Shown here: one piece after another, positions 43,884 to 52,140 of the stretch
Position numbering within the stretch: position 1 is the stretch's first letter
How the letters are laid out: every line of letters starts with the position of its first letter
Assembly: GCA_964570495.1 (NCBI GenBank)
Contig: CAZMYN010000001.1
Coordinates: 1 to 53,480, forward strand
DNA length: 53,480 nucleotides
Origin: an uncultured Acidimicrobiales bacterium
GTDB taxonomy: Bacteria > Actinomycetota > Acidimicrobiia > Acidimicrobiales > SHLQ01
Reading direction: 5' to 3'
The notes under the pieces: generated by a model
Told to the model about the DNA's origin: nothing
The model's database searches: none
Seen by the model: the letters and a program-made list of their open reading frames with translations, nothing else
Position numbers and translations under genes: made by a program

Positions 43884-45335
43884 CTACTCGCCGCCGTCAG
43901 GAGTTGTATCTTCCACCACATCGGGAACCGTTGTCGTGGTAGTCGTCGGCGGCGTAGTCGTGGTTGTCGTTGTTGTGGTCGTTGTACTCGTCGTCGTAGT
44001 CGTGTCCGCTGGAATCGTCGAGGCTGTTGGATCAGCGGTCTCCTCGAAGGCATCAACTGACCCCTCGTCCTGCTCGCCATCGACGGCGTCCTCGTCGGTG
44101 AACGCCAACGGGCCATCAAGCTCGTCCTCGGCGTCCTCGTCCTCGTCCTCCAACGGCAGAACGGGGAATTGACTGACATCGTAGGCATCGGGGTCAACCA
44201 CTGGCGCTGGCAAGCACGATCCCCCTTCCAACTCGACCGACTCGAAGCTGGTTGAGAGCGCTCCGCGAGCTCCCGGCGGAACGATCAACGAACCTGTTCC
44301 GTCTCGGTTCGCGTCAGCTCTACCGTCAGCATCCAAACTCGCGAAGTACCACGTCCGCGTTTGGTCCGTGGCCAACGTCAGGGTCGCCGTATCACCCGGC
44401 GCCACGTAAAGAGTTCCGCCTGACTGGGAGGTCCACCGCTCGGCGCTTCCGACTTCGCGGCCATAGGGGACCTCTTGACCAAGCACTACTGCCAAACCAA
44501 GACTTGCTGATGGATTGGCGAACCGGACTTGGGCAGCGTTGCACCCAACGAGAGAAACAGACACCGCTCGAAGCGGCGCCCCGTAGGTCACCGAACGGTC
44601 AGGCCCGGTGCGAAGAGAAATCTGATCCTGATTCTGCGCACGGTTCGAGCGAATCACTTGGAACGAACTCTCTTCGATCCAGCCGATTCGGGTCTGAGTT
44701 AGAGGGTCGATCACATCGAGGAACTGTTGACCTGTCGATGCAAGAGCCATTCCCCCGCCGTGCATTGCTATCTCTTGGGACTCGAGCGTTGCCACGACAT
44801 CTGAACCGCCCGGAGTTCGCACAATAGAAGTCGGATCTGCGGATCGACGAACAGCTCGAAGCTCACCGCTTGCGTCGGGGTCTGCACTTTCGACGAACAA
44901 CGTCGTCGGCGAGAGATCCTGTGCACGAAGCCAGCCGTAGTTCTCCTCCGACGATGCATCACGGACACGAACCCACAAATCATCACCGCTGTTTCTTGCT
45001 GAGGTTGCCTGAATAAGAGTTCCTGCCGGCAGCAGGTTTAGCTGAGCACCGCCACCGGCCGCTTCGAAGGTTCGCTGCGTTCCGCTGATTTGAAAGAGTC
45101 GTCCAACGTCTCGGCCAGAAGCAAACGCGAGTGATGACGGCGTGGGCGGCGCGATCGTCGTTGACGTGGTGGCGATGGTGGCCTCGGGGACGGTGCTTGC
45201 GACCTCAGGGACGGTGACGGTCACCAACGGTGCCTCCGTGCTCGGCGGCGCAACCTGTTCAGCCTCGCCACTACCCGAGCACGCCGCTGCAACAAGGCCA
45301 ATCAGTGCTACTTGCGCTATTCGTTCAAACTTCAT
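43884..45335 (-). CDS. probable lipoprotein with SH3-like segments and a poly-Thr C-terminal tail
   Basis: The signal 'MKFERIAQVALIGLVAAACSG' is lipobox-like (AAAC). Internal segments resemble bacterial SH3 ('GTLIQATSARNSGDDLWVRVRD...YGWLRAQDL'). The C-terminus is an acidic stretch followed by 'TTTTSTTTTTTTTTTTPPTTTTTTV'. Confidence 0.6.
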   Translation of the reverse strand: MKFERIAQVALIGLVAAACSGSGEAEQVAPPSTEAPLVTVTVPEVASTVPEATIATTSTTIAPPTPSSLAFASGRDVGRLFQISGTQRTFEAAGGGAQLNLLPAGTLIQATSARNSGDDLWVRVRDASSEENYGWLRAQDLSPTTLFVESADPDASGELRAVRRSADPTSIVRTPGGSDVVATLESQEIAMHGGGMALASTGQQFLDVIDPLTQTRIGWIEESSFQVIRSNRAQNQDQISLRTGPDRSVTYGAPLRAVSVSLVGCNAAQVRFANPSASLGLAVVLGQEVPYGREVGSAERWTSQSGGTLYVAPGDTATLTLATDQTRTWYFASLDADGRADANRDGTGSLIVPPGARGALSTSFESVELEGGSCLPAPVVDPDAYDVSQFPVLPLEDEDEDAEDELDGPLAFTDEDAVDGEQDEGSVDAFEETADPTASTIPADTTTTTSTTTTTTTTTTTPPTTTTTTVPDVVEDTTPDGGE

Positions 45336-45440
45336 GACGATCCTTCACCACAGGCGATAATCCGCATTGGGTTTCCATCGGCACATTGCCCTGCATCTCT
45401 GAGGTGTCCGAATGGCAATTATCCAGCCAGACTGTGGGCC

Positions 45441-46919
45441 ATGACGACCGCCCGAACCCTGCTCGTCGGCGGCATCGCAGGCTTTCTCATTGCCTTTTCG
45501 CTGCCTCCATGGGGTTGGTGGCCCCTGGCATTCGTGGGCTTTGCGCTCTTCGACTACGTATCAACAGCGGAAAATCGCCGTACCCGCTTTCTCAGCGGAT
45601 GGGCCGCGGGCATGGTTTGGCTGGCCATGGGCGAACTCTGGCTCTTCGACCTCACCGCTCCGGGCTACTTCTTTGTATTCATCGTCTTTGGCGCTGGTTA
45701 CGGCGTGATCGCGGCTATTGCGGGCACTGGCAACTGGCGGTTGCTGGCCCTGCCGGCGCTGTTTGTTCTGTTCGAGTGGTTTCGCTGGTCCTGGCCGTTC
45801 GGTGGCGTTCCGCTCGCCATCGTTCCCATGACACAGGTCAATTCACCGCTGGCGAACGTGCTGCCGCTCGGCGGTGGGCTGCTTCTCACCGCTGTCACGG
45901 TCGCCACCGGCTCGACCCTGCGCCTGCTCGCCGAACGCCGTTTCGATATGGCTGGCGTAACGTTCGGTGCGGTCACTGTTGCGGTTCTTGCTGGGCTTGT
46001 GGTTCCGGCGGGTTCGGTTATCGACACGATAGATGTGGCCGTTGTGCAAGGCGGAGGCCCACAGCGCACTCGGGCCGACGCGTGTGAGAACCAGGCAGTC
46101 TTTGACCGCCATCGCGACGCGACCGCGACGATCGATCGTCAAGTCGACCTCGTGATGTGGCCGGAGAACGTCGTCAATCCCATTGCCGATGGCACGCCGT
46201 TGGGTCGCTGCGACGACCTGTTCTTCATGTCCGAAGCAATCGAGGACACCGCCGCCATCGCTCGCGAGCAGAACGCTGTTCTGATCCCGGGCTGGTTTCA
46301 CTCGGCTGCACCGGAGTTTCCGAACAACACAGTGAACTACTCGACCGCCATCAATGCCCAGGGCGAAGAGGTCAGTCGCTACGACAAGGTGCGGATCGTG
46401 CCGTTTGGCGAATTCGTTCCGCTTCGAGGGTTTATCGAACTCTTTTCGAGCGACGTACCGAACCGTGATGTGCTCGTCGGCGAGGGTCCAGCCGTTCTCG
46501 AATCGCCTGCGGCGACGATTGGGGTCAGCATCTCGTGGGAGATCTTCTTCGAGAGCCGTGGCCGCGCCGCAATTCGCGATGGCGGCGAGATTCTCACCAA
46601 CCCGACCAACGGTTCGAGTTTCTGGTTGACGATCTTGCAGAGCCAGCAGATTGCGTCGTCACAGCTTCGAGCTCGCGAGACCGGACGCTGGGTTCTTCAG
46701 GCTGCGCCTACCGGGTTTTCGGCGGTGATCGATCCGGGTGGGAACGTCCTTGAACGTACCGACATCTCCGAACAGCGTGTGCTCTTCGAGACGGTCGAGC
46801 GTCGCTCGGGGCTCACGCTCGCGACTCGCTTTGGGCACGCGCCGTGGCTGATCCTCGCGCTCGCCGCAACCGCCCTCGCGCTCGTCCGTTCTCGCGGCGC
46901 TGCTACAACTCGACCATGA
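45441..46919 (+). CDS. lnt: apolipoprotein N-acyltransferase homologue (Ser at the canonical catalytic Cys position)
   Basis: A multi-TM N-terminal half is followed by a CN-hydrolase domain. 'VMWPENVV' (Glu) and 'YDKVRIVPFGEFVP' (Lys) are present. 'IGVSISWEIFFE' aligns to E. coli '..AAICYEIILGE'. Start chosen at ATG 45441 ('MTTARTLLVGGIAGFLIAFSLPPWGWWPL'); the ORF opens at 45312. Confidence 0.8.
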   Translation: MTTARTLLVGGIAGFLIAFSLPPWGWWPLAFVGFALFDYVSTAENRRTRFLSGWAAGMVWLAMGELWLFDLTAPGYFFVFIVFGAGYGVIAAIAGTGNWRLLALPALFVLFEWFRWSWPFGGVPLAIVPMTQVNSPLANVLPLGGGLLLTAVTVATGSTLRLLAERRFDMAGVTFGAVTVAVLAGLVVPAGSVIDTIDVAVVQGGGPQRTRADACENQAVFDRHRDATATIDRQVDLVMWPENVVNPIADGTPLGRCDDLFFMSEAIEDTAAIAREQNAVLIPGWFHSAAPEFPNNTVNYSTAINAQGEEVSRYDKVRIVPFGEFVPLRGFIELFSSDVPNRDVLVGEGPAVLESPAATIGVSISWEIFFESRGRAAIRDGGEILTNPTNGSSFWLTILQSQQIASSQLRARETGRWVLQAAPTGFSAVIDPGGNVLERTDISEQRVLFETVERRSGLTLATRFGHAPWLILALAATALALVRSRGAATTRP

Positions 46920-47340
46920 CAGTGGCGGGTCCGTCGTTGATGAGCCCGACCCGCATGTACGTACGAAACCGGCCGGTAGCAACGGTTGCGCCCAACTCGG
47001 TGAGCTCGGCTACGAGCTGATCGAAGAGTGGTTCGGCTTGTTCGGGTCGTGCGGCGTCAATCCACGATGGTCGACGGCCTTTGCTGGTGTCTCCGTACAA
47101 GGTGAATTGACTGACGAGCAATAGCGCCTGGGTTGTGTCGGCGATCGATAGGTTCATAACACCGTCATCGTCATCCATGAGGCGCAGATTCCAGAGCTTG
47201 CTGGCCAGTTTCGGAATTGATGCCGCATCGTCCTCGGTGCAGAATCCGACAAGGCAACACAGGCCCTGACCAATGCGGCCCACCTCTACTCCTTGCGAAG
47301 TGACCCACGCTTCCTCGCATCGTTGTACCAAGACTCGCAT
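46903..47340 (-). CDS. dtd: D-aminoacyl-tRNA deacylase
   Basis: From ATG 47340: 'MRVLVQRCEEAWV...GLCCLVGF...LLVSQFTLYGDTSKGRRPSW...VATGRFRTYMRVGLINDGPATVMVEL', with the canonical SQFTL and NDGP motifs. The 3' end overlaps the lnt 3' end by 17 nt (convergent). Confidence 0.9.
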   Translation of the reverse strand: MRVLVQRCEEAWVTSQGVEVGRIGQGLCCLVGFCTEDDAASIPKLASKLWNLRLMDDDDGVMNLSIADTTQALLLVSQFTLYGDTSKGRRPSWIDAARPEQAEPLFDQLVAELTELGATVATGRFRTYMRVGLINDGPATVMVEL

Positions 47341-47459
47341 AGAAGATTGTTTTATCGCACCGTGTCCACCACACCACCACTCCCCCTCGACGCTTCTCAC
47401 GGTGGCGCGAGCGCACCCATGAGCCAGCAAAGTTACCGAACGGTAAGCTGGGAGTCGCT

Positions 47460-48746
47460 ATGACTGCCGATACCCCGACTCAGAACCCTAATTCTCTGCG
47501 AATCGCGTATCTGTCGTACCGCGGCAAAGCGCACGTCGGCGGGCAAGGCGTCTATACGCGCCATCTGACCAAAGCGCTGGTCGATCTTGGCCACAGCGTC
47601 GAGGTTCTTGGCGGCCCGCCCTACCCCCCGCTCGACGAGCGGGTTCCGTTGACGAAGCTGCCGAGCCTCGAGACCTTCAACGACCAATTCCCCATGCGCA
47701 AGCCTCGGATGTTCGAGCTGAAGGATCGCTGGGATTGGATCGAGAACACGTCGTTCAACCTCGGCAACTTTCCCGAACCGATGGCCTTCTCATGGCGTGC
47801 CTGGGACAACCTTCGTGGACGTCACCACGACTTCGATCTCATCCACGACAACCAAACCCTTGGTTGGGGCCTGCTCGGTTTGCAGAAATTGATGCCGGTT
47901 CTGGCCACGATCCATCACCCGATCACCGTCGATCGTCGTCTCGAAATCGAGCACGCGCGAACCCTCATGGAGCAGATCGGCAAGCGCCGCTGGTACGCGT
48001 TTACGCGCATGCAGACCCAGGTGGCTAAGCGCATGGATCGGGTCATGACGGTCTCGGAAAACTCAAAGATCGACATCGCAGCCGATCATCAGGTCGATGC
48101 GGACAAGATCCACGTCGTTCCCGTTGGCGTCGACCCCGAGTTGTTTCGCCCCATGCCCAACGTTGCACGGGTGCCGGGGCGGATCATCACGACGGCGAGC
48201 GCAGACGTAGCCATGAAGGGCTTGGTCTACCTGCTTGAGGCAGCGGCCAAGGTCCGCGCTGAGCGCCATATCGAGCTGGTCATCATCGGTAAGCCCAAGG
48301 AGGGTTCCACGACCGAAGCAACGCTGCGAGACCTTGGTCTCCACGATGTGGTGACGTTCGTGAGTGGAGTCCCCGACGAGCGAATCGTCGAGCTGTACTC
48401 CGAGGCCGAACTCGCCTGCGTCCCGTCGCTCTACGAAGGTTTCTCGCTGCCTGCCATCGAAGCCATGTCGTGTCAGACCCCGCTGATCGCAACAACTGGC
48501 GGCGCCCTCCCCGAGGTCACCGGCACGCACAACGAGACCTGCTTCCAAGTGCCGCCCGGCGACTCTGAGGCACTCGCGGCGATGATCCGCACGGCGCTCG
48601 ATGATGAAGAGTTGCGGGCTCGGGTCGCGGCAGCTGGCCGCCAGCGAGTTATCGATCAATGGAGTTGGCGACACACCGCGGAAAAGACGATCGATCAATA
48701 CCGGGCCCTGCTCGACGAGACCAAGGCCAAATATGCAAACCGTTAA
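47460..48746 (+). CDS. GT4-family (GT-B) glycosyltransferase
   Basis: 428 aa. 'RIAYLSYRGKAHVGGQGVYTRHLTKAL' is the N-terminal GT-B pattern. 'PSLYEGFSLPAIEAMSCQTPLIATTGGALPEV' contains the E-x7-E motif. Confidence 0.85.
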   Translation: MTADTPTQNPNSLRIAYLSYRGKAHVGGQGVYTRHLTKALVDLGHSVEVLGGPPYPPLDERVPLTKLPSLETFNDQFPMRKPRMFELKDRWDWIENTSFNLGNFPEPMAFSWRAWDNLRGRHHDFDLIHDNQTLGWGLLGLQKLMPVLATIHHPITVDRRLEIEHARTLMEQIGKRRWYAFTRMQTQVAKRMDRVMTVSENSKIDIAADHQVDADKIHVVPVGVDPELFRPMPNVARVPGRIITTASADVAMKGLVYLLEAAAKVRAERHIELVIIGKPKEGSTTEATLRDLGLHDVVTFVSGVPDERIVELYSEAELACVPSLYEGFSLPAIEAMSCQTPLIATTGGALPEVTGTHNETCFQVPPGDSEALAAMIRTALDDEELRARVAAAGRQRVIDQWSWRHTAEKTIDQYRALLDETKAKYANR

Positions 48747-48769
48747 CAGCGTCGACGAAAGAGTCTCAT

Positions 48770-48909
48770 GCGCCTCCGGCGGCCAGGCTGCGTGCCGCTT
48801 GAACGCTCCCCGAAGGGAAGGCAAGGCTGCGTGCCGCTTGAACGCTCCCCGAAGGGGAAGACAGGTCAGCCGACGAAGGTGGCAAAATCGCGGCGGAGCC
48901 GCTGCCACC
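48770..48909. repeat. intergenic repeat element, family 1, with the 39-nt core tandemly duplicated
   Basis: GCGCCTCCGGCG (48770-48781) is followed by two 39-nt units, GGCMAGGCTGCGTGCCGCTTGAACGCTCCCCGAAGGGRAA, at 48781-48819 and 48820-48858. A hairpin GGTGGCA (48878-48884) / TGCCACC (48903-48909) closes the element. The GAAGGAG Shine-Dalgarno of the next gene follows immediately. Confidence 0.8.
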
Positions 48910-48922
48910 GAAGGAGTCTGAC

Positions 48923-49678
48923 GTGCTCACGGTCGAATACGACACGCTTGAGCTGCATGCGGGCGATCGGCTGCTCGACATTGGCTGCGGTTTTGGTCGA
49001 CACAGCTACGAGGCGTTGCGCCGTGGCGCCGACGTTGTGAGCAGCGACTTCTCGCTACCCGAACTGACCGAGGTCGACAAGACCGTCGCCGCGATGGACG
49101 AGTATGGCGAGTTGCCGAGCGGGGTGTCGTCGACGTCGGTGAACGGTGACGTCACCCGATTGCCATTTCCTGACAACGCGTTCGACCGGATCATCGCATC
49201 GGAGATTCTTGAGCACATCGACGACGATGTCGGCGCGCTGGTCGAACTCGTCCGCGTGCTTCGTCCTGGCGGAACATTCGCCGCGACGATCCCGGCCGCG
49301 CTACCCGAGAAGATCTGCTGGAAGATCACCGACGAGTACCACGCCCCCAAGGTCGAGGGTGGCCACGTCCGCATCTACGCAAACGGCGAACTGGCCGAAC
49401 GGATGGAGCAAGCCGGACTAGAGGTGTTCCACAAACATCGAGCACACGCCCTGCACACCCCGTACTGGTGGCTACGTTGTGCCGTTGGACCTCAGGCCGA
49501 TGTCAATTCCAACCCGCTCACGAAGGCCTACAACTCACTACTCGAGTGGGACATTATGACCCAACCCACGATCACCAAAGTCGCCGACCGACTCCTGAAC
49601 CCGGTGCTCGGCAAGAGCCTCGTCATCTACGCCCGTAAACCGGTCAACATCGGCGCTCGACCGTTGGTTAGCGCATGA
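48923..49678 (+). CDS. class I SAM-dependent methyltransferase
   Basis: 251 aa with a GTG start after GAAGGAG. 'RLLDIGCGFGRHS' (motif I), 'FDRIIASEILEHI' and 'LRPGGTFAATIP'. Confidence 0.85.
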   Translation: MLTVEYDTLELHAGDRLLDIGCGFGRHSYEALRRGADVVSSDFSLPELTEVDKTVAAMDEYGELPSGVSSTSVNGDVTRLPFPDNAFDRIIASEILEHIDDDVGALVELVRVLRPGGTFAATIPAALPEKICWKITDEYHAPKVEGGHVRIYANGELAERMEQAGLEVFHKHRAHALHTPYWWLRCAVGPQADVNSNPLTKAYNSLLEWDIMTQPTITKVADRLLNPVLGKSLVIYARKPVNIGARPLVSA

Positions 49679-50700
49679 CTGAATCGGCACAGACCACGGG
49701 CCTGCTCAGCGACGAGCAGATCGCCATCACCGCAGATTCGCTCGCGCAGTGGCAGCTTCGGTCCGGGATGATCCCGTGGGTTCCCGGCGGCCACGCGGAT
49801 CCGTGGAATCACGTCGAGGCGGCTATGGCATTGGCCTGCGCTGGCCGAATCGACGAGGCGGAACGGGCCTATGACTGGCTGATTGGTCTGCAACACGACG
49901 ATGGAGCGTGGCACCAGTACTACCTCGCCGACGGTGTCGAACAAGACAAGTTCGATGCGAACGTCATTGCCTACATCGCCACCGGCGCGTGGCACCACTG
50001 GCTGACGACCAACGACGTCGGCTTTGCCGAGACGATCTACCCCGTCGTCGAAAAGGCGATCGACTGGGTCTTCGCCCTCCAGCAACCGCGCGGCGAAATC
50101 CTGTGGGCGCGCCACCCCGATGGCATCCCCTGGTCCTTTGCATTACTGACCGGCTCGTCGTCGATGTTTCATTCGACTCGCTGCGCTCTCGCGCTCAGCC
50201 GCGTTGTCGGCGTTGACCGCACCGACTGGATCGAGCGGATCGAGCGTCTCGGCCGGGTCGTGCGCGACCAGCCCGAGGGTGCGTTCGCCCCGAAAAACCG
50301 TTGGGCGATGGACTGGTACTACCCGGTTCTGAGCGGCGCTATCGGTGGCCAGGATGGTATCGATCGGTTGGCATCACGTTTCGACACCTTCGTGATGGAA
50401 AGCCTGGGAGTCCGATGCGTAGGCGACCGGCCCTGGGTGACCACTGCCGAGACGTGCGAGTGCGCGCTCGCGCACCTCGCCGTAGGCGATCGCGAAACAG
50501 CCCAAGCATTGTTCGACACGACGTGGCGGATGCGCGCTGACGACGGACGCTATTGGACCGGCGAGGTACACCCCGAGGAAGTCCACTTTCCGGGTGGCGA
50601 GCAATCGACGTACTCCTCGGCAGCGGTGCTACTCGCCAACGACGCTCTTGCCGGGCGCACAGCGGCCTCGCAGCTGTTCACCAACCACGCTCCTCTCTAG
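49675..50700 (+). CDS. prenyltransferase/squalene-oxidase-repeat (terpenoid-cyclase alpha/alpha-toroid fold) protein
   Basis: 341 aa, start overlapping the methyltransferase stop (ATGA). QW-like repeat segments are present: 'DPWNHVEAAMALACAGRIDEAERAYDWLIGLQHDDGAWHQYY' and 'AIDWVFALQQPRGEILW'. Fold-level call only. Confidence 0.6.
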   Translation: MTESAQTTGLLSDEQIAITADSLAQWQLRSGMIPWVPGGHADPWNHVEAAMALACAGRIDEAERAYDWLIGLQHDDGAWHQYYLADGVEQDKFDANVIAYIATGAWHHWLTTNDVGFAETIYPVVEKAIDWVFALQQPRGEILWARHPDGIPWSFALLTGSSSMFHSTRCALALSRVVGVDRTDWIERIERLGRVVRDQPEGAFAPKNRWAMDWYYPVLSGAIGGQDGIDRLASRFDTFVMESLGVRCVGDRPWVTTAETCECALAHLAVGDRETAQALFDTTWRMRADDGRYWTGEVHPEEVHFPGGEQSTYSSAAVLLANDALAGRTAASQLFTNHAPL

Positions 50701-50727
50701 CCAGCCCTCTCTACTACCAGTTTTTGA

Positions 50728-51342
50728 CTAGGGAGCGTGTAGCGCTCGCAGCGATCCGGTTGCGGCGAACTCGTCAAAGCCGTCGTCGAGGGCGCGCAAG
50801 TAGATCTCATATGGCGGTCGGCCACCGTCGGCAGGGTCCGGAAACACGTCGTGGATCAGCAGCGTTCCGCCCGACATCAGTTTGGCAGTCCAGCCCTCGT
50901 AGTCGAGGTGTGCGGGCTCGGTGCCATGCCCTCCGTCGATGAACAGCAACGCGAGCGGAGTCGACCACGAGGCCGCAACCGCTGGCGAATCGCCAACCAC
51001 CGCAACCACGTTCGCTTCGAGCCCCGCGTCATGGATCGTGCGTCGAAAGGTGGGCAGCGTGTCCATCAACGAAAGTTCGGGGTCGACGAGGTCGGGCTCG
51101 TGCCATTCCCAGCCAGCCTGGTTCTCCTCGGAACCACGGTGATGGTCGAGCGCGAAGAGCAACCGGCCAGAGTCGCGGGCTGCGGCTCCGAGGTAGATTG
51201 CCGACTTGCCGCAGTAGCTACCTACCTCGAGAAATGGTCCGTCAACGGTACAGCTCGCGCCGTGCTCAAAGAGTGCGAGTCCTTCTTGTTTTGGCATGAA
51301 GCCGCGGGCGGCTTCGGCGTGTGCCAGATCGTCAGGCCGCAT
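50728..51342 (-). CDS. class I SAM-dependent methyltransferase (O-methyltransferase-like)
   Basis: 204 aa with 'FLEVGSYCGKSAIYLG' (motif I region), 'LLFIDGGH' and 'GGTLLIHD'. Overlaps the upstream GtrA-like gene by 11 nt. Confidence 0.75.
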   Translation of the reverse strand: MRPDDLAHAEAARGFMPKQEGLALFEHGASCTVDGPFLEVGSYCGKSAIYLGAAARDSGRLLFALDHHRGSEENQAGWEWHEPDLVDPELSLMDTLPTFRRTIHDAGLEANVVAVVGDSPAVAASWSTPLALLFIDGGHGTEPAHLDYEGWTAKLMSGGTLLIHDVFPDPADGGRPPYEIYLRALDDGFDEFAATGSLRALHAP

Positions 51343-51802
51343 CGCTCAGCGGCTCGACGGCGTCGTGCTCTTTGTCGGGCCAGAGGAACTTCTCGAGGAA
51401 GGCGAACTTCACCAGCCACAGAGCAGCGAAGGCCGCGATCTGGGTGAGAAGGAGCACGGGGATGCGGTCGGTGAGCAAGCCCACGATTCCAACAGCAGCT
51501 GTCGACAAGGCCAAGCCAATGAAGTTCATTACCCAAAATGGTGTGACTTCGCGGGACACGCTGTGGTTGCCGACCCCGCGACTCCAGACGAATCGGCGAT
51601 TGAGGTAGTACGCGAACGGCGTACTGGCAAAGACCGAGAGAACGTTCGCGTAGACCGGTGGAAAATTGAAGAGGTAGAGCCCTACCGAGAGAGCGGTGAC
51701 GCCGACAATTGTTGTAACAATGGTCACCCCGCCGTAGCGCATTAAGCGCTTGCCATAGTCATTCCACAGTCGTGCCAGGTTAAACCGGCCGGGCTGATTC
51801 AT
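51332..51802 (-). CDS. GtrA-family membrane protein
   Basis: From ATG 51802: 'LMRYGGVTIVTTIVGVTALSVGLYLF...VFASTPFAYYLNRRFVW...' with four TM helices and ~156 aa, the typical GtrA layout. The ORF-track start at 52027 adds an implausible basic extension. Confidence 0.75.
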   Translation of the reverse strand: MNQPGRFNLARLWNDYGKRLMRYGGVTIVTTIVGVTALSVGLYLFNFPPVYANVLSVFASTPFAYYLNRRFVWSRGVGNHSVSREVTPFWVMNFIGLALSTAAVGIVGLLTDRIPVLLLTQIAAFAALWLVKFAFLEKFLWPDKEHDAVEPLSDAA

Positions 51803-52140
51803 TCGTATAAGGCTAGGCGAATTCGCCCATAAACGGGTGAGACCAGGCAAACTGTCTAGGTGGACCTCCCCCAGCTCTGGCCCGCACACTCGCCGCGAGT
51901 GCTCTCGTTCTCGCCAGTTGTGCATCATCCCCTGCTTCGACGACGCCCGCGGAGGCGTCTTCAACAGAAGCGCCGTCTTCAACCGCAGCGCCGTCCTCAA
52001 CCGCAGCGCCTCAAGCAACGACCACAACAGAAGTTGCCGAGACGACGACTAGCGCGGCGACCGCCACAACGACGGAGCCACCCACGCAGGATGAAGGCGC
52101 GGCCCCAACGGCCTTCAACGGCCGGGCAATCCCGCAATCG

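Noticed and set aside
48781-48858. Possible CRISPR array (direct repeats of ~39 nt)
   Set aside because: There are only two immediately adjacent copies with no spacers between them, no cas genes in the window, and a single inverted copy elsewhere. It behaves as a tandem duplication within a dispersed repeat, not as a CRISPR array.
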